Shown here piece after piece: positions 7,917 to 16,391 of a DNA stretch of 26,015 nt. A model generated the notes under the pieces. That model was not told the origin of the DNA and did not search any database. It saw only the letters and a list, made by a program, of their open reading frames with translations. The translations under genes were made by a program, and so were the position numbers. Origin of the DNA: Candidatus Bathyarchaeia archaeon (GTDB taxonomy: Archaea; Thermoproteota; CALKCG01; B24; DRYS01); contig JAWCGL010000001.1 of NCBI GenBank assembly GCA_038857155.1, positions 573-26,587 on the forward strand. The letters are read 5' to 3'. The first letter of the stretch is position 1; every line of letters begins with the position of its first letter.

Positions 7917-8618
7917 ATGTGGTTCGATGTGGATAGAACGATAGCTATCATAGGTGGAACCGGTAGTCAGGGGTTCGGTTTAGCTCTAAGATGGCTTAAA
8001 GCCGGAGAGTATGTTATCATAGGATCTAGATTTAGAGATAAAGCTCAAGCTAAAGCCGATGAAGCTAGGGAGATTCTAGGTAGAGGTATAAGGGTTGAAG
8101 GATCCTCTAACGATGAAGCAGCAAGTAGGGCCGATATAATCGTATTAACGGTACCGTTTGAAGCGCAGCTCAGCATCGTTAAAAGGATAAAGCCATACCT
8201 CTCCGATGGGAAGATACTCGTAGATGTTACGGTACCTCTAGCATCGAGTATAGGTGGGGATCCGTGGAGGATCCTACATCCATGGGATGGATCGGCTGCT
8301 GAACAGGCTGCACGCTACGCTCCTAGGGGTGTTAGAGTGGTATCAGCATTCCATACTATAAGCTCCGATATACTCTGCGATATCGATAGCGAGGTAGATT
8401 GCGATGTACTGATATGCGGAGATGATAGGGAAGCTAAACGTATAGTCGCAGAGCTGGCGGAGGAGATACCAGGTGTTAGAGCCGTAGATTGCGGTCCTCT
8501 TGAGAATTCTAGGTTAACAGAATCCCTCGCTCCCTTGATGATATACCTCTGCAGATCCTACGGTGTTAAAGCTGTAGGTATCAGGATTATAGGTATCCCT
8601 ACCCTCAGGCAGGTTTAA
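7917..8618 (+). CDS. npdG: NADPH-dependent F420 reductase (F420H2:NADP+ oxidoreductase)
   Basis: IAIIGGTGSQGFGLALRW, IIGSR, VLTVPFEA, DVTVPL, VVSAFHTIS, DVLICGDD...AK, DCGPLENSRLTESL. Start taken as ATG 7917 (or GTG 7929) rather than 7836 because the Rossmann motif begins just after. Confidence 0.9.
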   Translation: MWFDVDRTIAIIGGTGSQGFGLALRWLKAGEYVIIGSRFRDKAQAKADEAREILGRGIRVEGSSNDEAASRADIIVLTVPFEAQLSIVKRIKPYLSDGKILVDVTVPLASSIGGDPWRILHPWDGSAAEQAARYAPRGVRVVSAFHTISSDILCDIDSEVDCDVLICGDDREAKRIVAELAEEIPGVRAVDCGPLENSRLTESLAPLMIYLCRSYGVKAVGIRIIGIPTLRQV

Positions 8619-9196
8619 CCGGTTTTCTTAGCTCTCTCATACATACGTTCAAGGGTCCATCTTACAGCGCTCTGTATATCCCTAATCCTAGCTGGATCGT
8701 ATAGGTTGTTAAGTATAAGCTCTCTAAGTACACCCTCCTCAACCCTCAGCTCGTAGTTAAACGCTCTATCAGGAGGTATCCTACCCCTACTCACCGCTTC
8801 TAGATCTTGAGATGTTATCGGCTCTAAAACCTTCCTGATGAGAAAAGCTTTGAAAGGCTGTATATCCTCCTTTAAAGCTAGATCTCTAGAGAATACTATC
8901 CTCATACGCGTATCCTCACGGTATACGGTAGCTAGTAGCATCCCATCTGATGAACGTATAGGTATTCCTCCAAGCTGTTCTGGTTGTACCTGTTTAGGCT
9001 GGATAGGTTCAGGAGTAGCTTCTCTAGCTAGAGCCGAGGCTGGTTGGAAGCTTTTCTCGGCTATAACGGTGCCTAGCATCGAGGATAGGGTTTCGAGGAT
9101 TCCTACCTCGTTTTTAAGATCTACCACCCTCTTATCTATCCATTCCTTCAACTCGATCAGCTTCTTTAAGTCTAACTCCTCCCTCTCAGCTGCCAT
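8615..9196 (-). CDS. Hypothetical protein with N-terminal coiled coil
   Basis: 193 aa with host-like codon use: heptad N-terminus (LKKLIELKEWIDKRVVDLKNEV), P/Q linker, alpha/beta C-domain. Its stop codon overlaps that of npdG (TTAA 8615-8618). Confidence 0.8.
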   Translation of the reverse strand: MAAEREELDLKKLIELKEWIDKRVVDLKNEVGILETLSSMLGTVIAEKSFQPASALAREATPEPIQPKQVQPEQLGGIPIRSSDGMLLATVYREDTRMRIVFSRDLALKEDIQPFKAFLIRKVLEPITSQDLEAVSRGRIPPDRAFNYELRVEEGVLRELILNNLYDPARIRDIQSAVRWTLERMYERAKKTG

Positions 9197-9349
9197 ATAA
9201 ACAGCCTCACTACGTACTATAGTCTGAATCCTCAGATTAATCTTTACCTCCCCTCCTCCGCCAATATTCTACGTCGATCGCGCCTTAACCAGCCGCTCAT
9301 TAGGCCATCTGCCATAACCCTCGATAAATCTCAAAGGGTTTAAGAATCT

Positions 9350-9417
9350 TAGTCAGCTTATCGAGCCTGCTTCAAGGCTATCTAGGGCTTATCCGAAAAC
9401 CTCCTCATCATCCCAGC
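9350..9417 (-). ncRNA. Candidate box C/D sRNA
   Basis: Minus strand: box C ATGATGA (9411-9405) and box D CTGA (9356-9353), 59 nt end to end, with a C'-like TTGAAGC. A BRE/TATA sits at the right spacing upstream. Confidence 0.55.
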
Positions 9418-9440
9418 TATAAAATTTGACTTAGCTACAG

Positions 9441-9457
9441 TTTAAATATCGCTTTTC
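9441..9457 (-). promoter_or_regulatory. BRE + TATA box for a leftward transcript starting near 9417
   Basis: Minus strand reads GAAAAG-CGATA-TTTAAA. TTTAAA begins about 29 nt upstream of G9417. Confidence 0.55.
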
Positions 9458-9524
9458 ACAGCTATCAAACCAGAATTACCTCGAAGTGTTAGCTTAATGA
9501 AGTCTTAGGTACGGTGCATCCGGT

Positions 9525-12389
9525 GTGGAGACTGAATCTAAGGAGCTACCATACCCGTTTAACTTGTTAGCTAGACCTATACAGGATGCCCTATTCGAAC
9601 GTGGATTCCTGAAGCCTACAGAGCCTCAAGTCGAGGTTATACCTAGGATACTTAGAGGCGAAAATGTACTGTTATCCGCTCCGACAGGTACTGGTAAAAC
9701 CGAAGCCGCCGTACTCCCGGTCCTAGATCTGCTCCTAAGATTAACTGAACGTAGATCCGGCATCTATGTTCTCTATATAACGCCTCTACGCGCTTTGAAT
9801 AGGGATCTTCTAGATAGGATCGGATGGTGGTGTGGGAGGGTTGGCGTAACGGTCGCTGTAAGGCATGGCGACACCGATAATAGGGAGCGGGTGCTGCAGG
9901 CTAGGAGCCCGCCTGAAATGCTTATAACTACGCCTGAAACCCTTCAAGCAATCCTTACCGGTAGGGTTATGCGTAGGCATCTATCCAGCGTTAGATGGGT
10001 TATAGTCGATGAGATACATGAATTCGCAGAGGATAAGAGGGGTAGCCAGCTATCCTTAGCGTTAGAGAGGCTCACCCTACTTACCTCGAGCGATTTTCAG
10101 CGTATAGGTCTATCGGCTACGATAGGTAGCCTCGAGGAGGTCGGTAGATTCCTAGTAGGGATGGGTAGGAGTGCATCGGTAGTTAAAGTCCCTGTTGCTA
10201 AGCATATGAAGCTAGATGTCCTATACCCTCAACCTCAACCGGAGGATTACGAATTAGCCGATACGCTATACACTAGACCTGAGGTAGCTGCTAGACTTAG
10301 ACTCCTAAGGAGGCTTATCGAGGGGTATGAATCCGTGCTACTATTCACGAATACGCGTTCTATAGCCGAGGTCTTAGCTAGTAGGTTTAGGGTATGGGAT
10401 GACGATATACCTGTGAGTATACATCATAGCAGTCTCTCTAAGCCTGCACGTATAACGGCTGAGATAGGTTTGAAGAAAGGCGATCTTAAGGGTCTTGTAT
10501 GTACTTCGAGCTTAGAGCTGGGTATAGATATCGGTAGGGTGGACCTCACGGTTCAGTATATGAGTCCTAGACAGGTTACGAGACTCATACAGAGGGTTGG
10601 ACGTAGCGGGCATAGTTTAGGTAGGATTTCGAAGGGTATAATCGTAACTATGGATAGCGACGATACTCTAGAAGCCATAGTTATAGCTAGGGGGGCGTTG
10701 AAGGAGGAGCTTGAACCTGCTAGAATACCGTATAAGCCGTACGATGTATTAGCGCATCAGATAGCAGGGTTGCTTATGTATAGGAGACGATGGAAGTTCG
10801 ATGAGATACTGCAAGTGTTTAGAAGGGCTTACCCGTATAGAGACTTATCGGAGGAGGATCTAGTTAAAGTCTTATCGTATATGCATGATAGGTATCCTAG
10901 GTTTGCATGGGTTTCGTTCGAGGATAGGGTTGTAGCTAAACCTGCGAGGGGTAAAGCCCTCTACGAATACTACTTCGAAAATCTATCCATGATACCTGAT
11001 GAGAAGCAGTACCTCGTATACGATGAGGTTAACGATACACCTGTAGGTATACTAGATGAGGCTTTCGTAGCTGAGTACGGCGAGCCTGGGGTTAAGTTTG
11101 TATGTCAAGGTCGGCCGTGGATGCTTACCAGTATAATCGGTGATAGGATATACGTTAAGCCTGTGGATGATCCTACGGGAGCTATACCGAGCTGGGTTGG
11201 AGAGGAGATACCGGTTCCCTTCGAGGTTGCATCAGAGGTTGGACGTATAAGGAGGAAGCTTGAAGAGTATTTCAGGAGAGGTCTAGGCATCGAATCTTCT
11301 GCGAAGAGGATTGCTAGAATGTATCCGATCCATCCATCCATCCTTATGGAAGCTATTAAGGAAAGTTGGAGTCAGCTAGCTCAAAGCTATCCTCTACCTA
11401 CAGATAGGAGGATAGTTGTGGAGAGGTGGGGTGACTATTTGATCGTACATGTACATGGCGGTAGCTTGATTAATAGAAGCCTAGGAAGGATATTAGGCGA
11501 TATACTCACAGATAGGTATGGTGTAAGCGTAGCAGTACAGCAGGATCCATACAGGGTGGTAATGCGCTTACCAGGTGGATCGGTGGATATATCTGAGGTA
11601 GCATCGATGCTTAGATCGCTCTCGAGCGGTGAGATCCGTAGTAGGGGTTTGGAAGCTGCTGAGAAGACCGGGCTATTCAAACGTAGGTTGGTGCATGTAG
11701 CTAGGAGGTTTTCAGCTATACGTGAAGATGTAGATTTCACGGATGTATCGCTTAGCCAGATAGCTGAAAGTCTGAAGGGTACCGTTATCTACGAGGAAGC
11801 TTTGAAGGAGACTCTAGAGAAGGATATGGATATAGACGGCCTGGTAGAGAATGTGGTGGAGCCTATTCGTAAGGGTTTGATCGATATCGTATCCGTAGAA
11901 TCTGAGGAGCCATCCCCGCTGGCTAGGATAGGGATGGAGAGGATAGGCAGGAAGACGGATATAATACCTCCGGATAAGATGAAGAAGATACTCCTGGAAT
12001 CTGTTAAAGCTAGGTTGATGAACGAATCCAGAACCCTTATATGTACCGAGTGCTTCGGATACGTCGAGACGACGGTACTTAAGCTTCTATCAGATGCTAG
12101 ATGCCCGGTATGCGGATCCAGCCGTCTAGCCCCTCTAAACGTAGATGAAGCCGAAGCGTATAAGTTGATTTCTAAAGTTAAACGTCAGGATAAGCTCCAT
12201 GAAGAATTAGTTAAAGCCGGTATACTCGTAGCGACATATGGGTTGCCAGCTATCTACGCCCTCTCGGCTAAAGGCTTAAGCTTAGAGGATATAGAGGCTA
12301 TACTGAAAGTGGAACCCGAGCTTACAGATAGATTCTTCGAACTCGTGATAGAAGCAGAGAGAAAAGCTTTAGCGAGAAGATATTGGTAA
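9525..12389 (+). CDS. lhr: Lhr-like SF2 ATP-dependent helicase
   Basis: Q motif PTEPQ, Walker A APTGTGKT, YITPLRALNRD, TTPETL, DEIH, LSAT, TSSLELGID, QRVGRSGH, WH/domain 4, and C-terminal CTEC...CPVC. Confidence 0.93.
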   Translation: METESKELPYPFNLLARPIQDALFERGFLKPTEPQVEVIPRILRGENVLLSAPTGTGKTEAAVLPVLDLLLRLTERRSGIYVLYITPLRALNRDLLDRIGWWCGRVGVTVAVRHGDTDNRERVLQARSPPEMLITTPETLQAILTGRVMRRHLSSVRWVIVDEIHEFAEDKRGSQLSLALERLTLLTSSDFQRIGLSATIGSLEEVGRFLVGMGRSASVVKVPVAKHMKLDVLYPQPQPEDYELADTLYTRPEVAARLRLLRRLIEGYESVLLFTNTRSIAEVLASRFRVWDDDIPVSIHHSSLSKPARITAEIGLKKGDLKGLVCTSSLELGIDIGRVDLTVQYMSPRQVTRLIQRVGRSGHSLGRISKGIIVTMDSDDTLEAIVIARGALKEELEPARIPYKPYDVLAHQIAGLLMYRRRWKFDEILQVFRRAYPYRDLSEEDLVKVLSYMHDRYPRFAWVSFEDRVVAKPARGKALYEYYFENLSMIPDEKQYLVYDEVNDTPVGILDEAFVAEYGEPGVKFVCQGRPWMLTSIIGDRIYVKPVDDPTGAIPSWVGEEIPVPFEVASEVGRIRRKLEEYFRRGLGIESSAKRIARMYPIHPSILMEAIKESWSQLAQSYPLPTDRRIVVERWGDYLIVHVHGGSLINRSLGRILGDILTDRYGVSVAVQQDPYRVVMRLPGGSVDISEVASMLRSLSSGEIRSRGLEAAEKTGLFKRRLVHVARRFSAIREDVDFTDVSLSQIAESLKGTVIYEEALKETLEKDMDIDGLVENVVEPIRKGLIDIVSVESEEPSPLARIGMERIGRKTDIIPPDKMKKILLESVKARLMNESRTLICTECFGYVETTVLKLLSDARCPVCGSSRLAPLNVDEAEAYKLISKVKRQDKLHEELVKAGILVATYGLPAIYALSAKGLSLEDIEAILKVEPELTDRFFELVIEAERKALARRYW

Positions 12390-12395
12390 GACAAT

Positions 12396-12881
12396 TCAAC
12401 TTACGAGTTTAGCTTTCATCAGGTATGCATGCTCTCCATCCATATAGTAGAACGGTATCTGAGATACTATCTCGAACCCAAGCTTCCTGTAGAGGTTTAT
12501 AGCTGCTATATTGGATACTCTAACTTCTAGTATGCACTCCTCCAGCTTCCGCATCCTCATAGAATCTAAAGCCTTAGCTAGTAGAGAGCCCCCTATACCT
12601 CTACGCCTATACTCAGGTAGGACTGCTATCGATATAACATGCCCTCTACGCTTCGCTCTAAGTCTAGGTAGATCTAAGCCAGCCGCCTCCTCCCTACACA
12701 TAACGTATCCTACGATCCTCCCATCGACTTCGGCGACATAGAATAGATCCGGATACTTCTCCCTAATCTCCTCGAAGAATATCGACGTATAATTCTCAGG
12801 TAGACACCTCCTATTGATCGCTATAACCTCCTCTACATCCTCCTCCCTACACTCCCTTATCTTATACCTGTATTCATCCAA
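12396..12881 (-). CDS. rimI: GNAT N-alpha-acetyltransferase (Ard1/RimI type)
   Basis: CLPENY, GRIVGYVMCR, GHVISIAVLPEYRRRGIG (acetyl-CoA motif A), LEVRVSN..AINLY.KLGF, YYMDGEHAYLM. Confidence 0.9.
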   Translation of the reverse strand: MDEYRYKIRECREEDVEEVIAINRRCLPENYTSIFFEEIREKYPDLFYVAEVDGRIVGYVMCREEAAGLDLPRLRAKRRGHVISIAVLPEYRRRGIGGSLLAKALDSMRMRKLEECILEVRVSNIAAINLYRKLGFEIVSQIPFYYMDGEHAYLMKAKLVS

Positions 12882-12985
12882 CTCCTAGATATGGATAACC
12901 CCCCTCAACCCGTATATAACGGTTACTAAAGTTTGAACACAACCTTTTTCTAGAACGACAGCCGTCACCCAACTAGGGTTAAGCC

Positions 12986-13615
12986 TTGAGCTGGAGGAAC
13001 GAAGCTATCCTCTACCTTTGTAATATGCTTGTACGTCTCGGCGCCCTGCAATTCGGCATGTTCAAGCTTACAAGCGGTAAGATCAGCCCATACTACATAG
13101 ATCTAAGGATAGTTCCAAGCTTCCCATCAGTATTCAGAAGGGTATGCGATTTCTACGTTAAACTATTAGAGGAGGAGGTGGGCGTCGATAGTTTCGATAG
13201 AATCGCAGGTATACCTACAGCGGGTATCCCGTTCGCATCGATAACCGCTTTCCTCCTAGATAAGCCTCTTCTCTACGTTAGAAAGGAGGAGAGGGTTCAT
13301 GGACGTGAACGTAGGATAGAGGGTGTAGTTAAACCCGGAGATAGAGTCGTAGTCCTCGATGACCTTATAACGACAGGTAAAAGCATAGTTAGCGCCGTTA
13401 GAGTTTTAAGAGGGGAGGGTGTGGTAGTCGAGGATGCCGCCGTCCTTATAGATAGGATGGAGGGTGGGAGGGAGAGGCTTGGGGAGGATGGTGTAAAACT
13501 CTACTCGGTTGCATCTATACTCGATATAGCAGAGGGTCTCAGCCACTCCGGCGTTATAACCGGTGAGCAGTATAGAGCTATAGTCAGACAGGTTAAAGGC
13601 GCTATGCATCTGTAA
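12986..13615 (+). CDS. pyrE: Orotate phosphoribosyltransferase
   Basis: FKLTSGKISPYYIDLR, IAGIPTAGIP, RKEERVHG, PRPP motif VVVLDDLITTGKS, LIDR. TTG start. Confidence 0.93.
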   Translation: MSWRNEAILYLCNMLVRLGALQFGMFKLTSGKISPYYIDLRIVPSFPSVFRRVCDFYVKLLEEEVGVDSFDRIAGIPTAGIPFASITAFLLDKPLLYVRKEERVHGRERRIEGVVKPGDRVVVLDDLITTGKSIVSAVRVLRGEGVVVEDAAVLIDRMEGGRERLGEDGVKLYSVASILDIAEGLSHSGVITGEQYRAIVRQVKGAMHL

Positions 13616-13663
13616 GCCGTTTTAACTCTCTATAACGTTTTTCTCCCAGCGTCGCGAAGACTA

Positions 13664-13694
13664 TATCTACACCCGTCGAATATGGGTGTAGATA
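13664..13694. repeat. Perfect 11-bp inverted repeat (hairpin) upstream of aspS
   Basis: TATCTACACCC (13664-13674) / GGGTGTAGATA (13684-13694), extendable by G:U and U:A pairs around a 5-nt loop. Confidence 0.7.
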
Positions 13695-13705
13695 GTGGGT
13701 TAGCT

Positions 13706-15037
13706 ATGGCGGGTAAGATCGATCTAAGGAAGAGGGTGAGGATAGCGGATGCGCGGTATGGAGAGGTTGTGTTAGCAGGATTCGTCCAGGATATCAGGGT
13801 TCTCAAGAATATAGTTTTCATAGTGTTGAGGGATATATCCGGTGTAGCTCAGATAGTATTCAAGAAAGGCTCCATACAGGATGAGGTATTCGAGGAGGTA
13901 TGCTCCATACCTAGGGAGAGCGTGGTAGCGGTACGCGGTTTTATGGTTGAAAGCTCTATAGCTAAGCTAGGTAGAGAGGTTATCCCCGTAGAGTTTGAGG
14001 TTTTAAGCGAAGCTTCATCCCCGATTCCGATAGAATTTCTAAGTTCATCTATAGAGACGGGGCTTAGCAGGAGGCTCGACTATAGATTCCTAGATCTCCG
14101 GAACCCGGCGGTCTCGGCTATATTCAAAATTCAAAGCGTGATCACAGGTTTGCTACACGAGTTCTTCAGGAGTAGAGACTTCATAGAGGTTCATACACCT
14201 AAGATGGTAGCTGAAGCTACGGAATCCGGTGCATCGGTTTTCCCCGTAGACTACTTCGGTAGGAGGGTTTACCTTGCTCAAAGCCCCCAGTTCTATAAGC
14301 AGATGCTCATGGCTTCAGGCTTCGAGAAGGTGTATGAGATAGGGCCTGTATTCAGAGCTGAACCTCATCATACGCCGAAGCATCTATGCGAATATACGAG
14401 TATAGATTTCGAGGTTAGCTACATAGAGAGCTACCATGACGTTATGGGTGTGGTCGAGGATATGATCGTATATGTAGTCGATCGCGTAGGAGAGGTGTGT
14501 AGGAGGGAGTTCGATATACTTGGGGTTAAGCCTCCTAGGATAGGTAGAGGTCTTCCGAGGATAACTGTCAGGGAAGCGTATAAGCTGGTGGAATCTAGAG
14601 GTTACAAGCCGACGTATATGGAGGATCTAGATACTCGTGGGGAGAGGATATTCTCGAAAGCCGTGGAGGAGGAGTATGGATGCGAAGCAGCGTTCCTGAT
14701 AGAGTTTCCATGGAGATCTGAATCTAGGCCGTTCTATGTTATGCGTAAGCATGATGAGCCTGATTGGACCTACAGTTTCGACCTGATATGGAGGGGTTTA
14801 GAGATAACGACAGGAGGTCAGAGGGAGCATAGATACGATCTACTGAGGAGTCAATGTATCGAGAAGGGGTATAACCCGGATAGCTTCAGCTTCTACCTAG
14901 AATTCTTCAAGTATGGCGTACCTCCCCATGGAGGTTCAGGTACAGGCTTAGAACGTCTAACCATGAGGATAGTAGGTTTAGAGAATATAAGGGAGGCAGT
15001 CCTACTTCCTAGAGATCCGGAGAGGGTTAAACCTTAA
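13706..15037 (+). CDS. aspS: Aspartyl-tRNA synthetase, archaeal type, discriminating signature
   Basis: OB-fold anticodon domain, LDYRFLDLR, motif 1 region EVHTPK, LAQSPQFYKQ, motif 2 FRAE, GGQREHR, motif 3 PPHGG.G.GLERL. ATG 13706 preferred because the upstream ATG 13682 lies inside the hairpin. Confidence 0.95.
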   Translation: MAGKIDLRKRVRIADARYGEVVLAGFVQDIRVLKNIVFIVLRDISGVAQIVFKKGSIQDEVFEEVCSIPRESVVAVRGFMVESSIAKLGREVIPVEFEVLSEASSPIPIEFLSSSIETGLSRRLDYRFLDLRNPAVSAIFKIQSVITGLLHEFFRSRDFIEVHTPKMVAEATESGASVFPVDYFGRRVYLAQSPQFYKQMLMASGFEKVYEIGPVFRAEPHHTPKHLCEYTSIDFEVSYIESYHDVMGVVEDMIVYVVDRVGEVCRREFDILGVKPPRIGRGLPRITVREAYKLVESRGYKPTYMEDLDTRGERIFSKAVEEEYGCEAAFLIEFPWRSESRPFYVMRKHDEPDWTYSFDLIWRGLEITTGGQREHRYDLLRSQCIEKGYNPDSFSFYLEFFKYGVPPHGGSGTGLERLTMRIVGLENIREAVLLPRDPERVKP

Positions 15038-15085
15038 ATTTTAAAATACGTAGGATATACCATCCTATTTATGTGGGGTGTTTGG

Positions 15086-15313
15086 ATGAGTGGATGTCGT
15101 ATATCGAAGAAGTATGTCGACGAAGCTCTATCTATCATCCTTCAAGGTAGAGGAGCCGGTAGGGTTCCATCGGATAAAGCTTTGAGTATGCTTAGATACG
15201 CATCTGAAGGTAGGCTATCCTCCGCATCCGGCTTTAAAACCCTCCTAGAGGTATTAGAGTATATGGATCCGGAGAAAGCTAAAGATATAAGATCTAGATG
15301 CAGTCTTAGCTGA
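15086..15313 (+). CDS. Small hypothetical protein immediately upstream of mer
   Basis: 75 aa from ATG 15086 with RBS GGGGTG at 15075-15080 (80 aa from 15071). Ends 12 nt before mer; host-like codon use. Confidence 0.6.
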   Translation: MSGCRISKKYVDEALSIILQGRGAGRVPSDKALSMLRYASEGRLSSASGFKTLLEVLEYMDPEKAKDIRSRCSLS

Positions 15314-15325
15314 GGGGTCTAGGCT

Positions 15326-16321
15326 ATGAAGTTCGGCATAGAATTCGTTCCTAGGGAGCCTTTCTGGAGAACCATCCTATACGCTGTAGAGGCTGAAAGG
15401 CTTGGGTTCGACTACGTATGGGTTACAGACCACTATAACAATAGGAATGTCTTCACCACACTCACAGCTACAGCTATCTATACTAGAAGTATAAAGCTCG
15501 GTATAGGTGTAACAAACCCATACATAAGGCATCCAGCAGCTACAGCTTCGGCTACAGCCTCCCTAGCTGAGATAGCTCCAGATAGGGTAGCCCTAGGTAT
15601 AGGAGCAGGGGATAGAGCTACCCTCGAAGGCATCGGTATCGGGATCGTTAAACCTCTACAGGCTATGAAGGAGTCCGTATATATGATCAGAGAGCTGCTA
15701 GCGGGGAGGCCAGTCTCCCTCGATGGGAGCATATTCAAGGTTAAATCCGCTTCGCTAAACTTCAGATGCAGATCCTATATCCCTATCTATATAGGTGCTC
15801 AAGGCCCCCAGATGCTATCCCTAGCTGGGGAGATCGGTGACGGCGTGCTGATAAACGCAAGCCACCCAGAAGATTTCAAGCATGCTATAGGGTATGTGAG
15901 AATGGGGGTTGAGAAATCTTCTAGGGATATTAAAAGCGTAGATATAGCAGCCTACACAGCTTTCTCGGTAGCTGATGATGAAGCTAGAGCTGTAGAAGCA
16001 TCTAGGCAGGTGGTAGCTTTCATAGTGGCTGGAAGCCCGGAGACCGTGTTGGAGAGGCATCATATAGACCTTGAACTAGCTTCTCGTATAAGAGGGCTTA
16101 TAGTATCCGGGCGTTTCGATGAAGCGTTTAAATCTGTAACAATGGATATGATAGATGCGTTCAGCGTTTCAGGCAGCCCATCATCCGTAGCTAAACGTGT
16201 AGAGGAGTGTCTGAAAGCAGGTGTGACACAGTTCGTAGTAGGTTCACCTATAGGTCCTCAGCCATACGAAGCTATTAAGATCATCAGCTCTAAGATAATG
16301 CCTATATTCAAACCTGAGTAG
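15326..16321 (+). CDS. mer: F420-dependent 5,10-methylenetetrahydromethanopterin reductase
   Basis: MKFGIEFVP, WVTDHYNNRNV, GVTNPY.RHPA, LGIGAGD.ATL, IYIGAQGP.ML..AGEIGDGVLINAS, D.AAYT.FS, GVTQFVVGSPIGP. Confidence 0.92.
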   Translation: MKFGIEFVPREPFWRTILYAVEAERLGFDYVWVTDHYNNRNVFTTLTATAIYTRSIKLGIGVTNPYIRHPAATASATASLAEIAPDRVALGIGAGDRATLEGIGIGIVKPLQAMKESVYMIRELLAGRPVSLDGSIFKVKSASLNFRCRSYIPIYIGAQGPQMLSLAGEIGDGVLINASHPEDFKHAIGYVRMGVEKSSRDIKSVDIAAYTAFSVADDEARAVEASRQVVAFIVAGSPETVLERHHIDLELASRIRGLIVSGRFDEAFKSVTMDMIDAFSVSGSPSSVAKRVEECLKAGVTQFVVGSPIGPQPYEAIKIISSKIMPIFKPE

Positions 16322-16336
16322 ATCCTAGCTCTACAC

Positions 16337-16356
16337 TATTTAAATCTGTATAAATA
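16337..16356 (+). promoter_or_regulatory. AT-rich TATA candidates for the iol cluster
   Basis: TATTTAAAT (16337-16345) and TATAAATA (16349-16356), 35-55 nt upstream of the GTG at 16392. Confidence 0.45.
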
Positions 16357-16391
16357 ACCTCTAATTCTACATCTTCGTCGATATCGTATCG

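Noticed and set aside
9200-9345. 23-codon Arg-rich minus-strand ORF, short hairpins and a possible second C/D RNA
   Set aside because: The box C match is poor, the ORF is too short to support, and the 5-6 bp stems are expected by chance.
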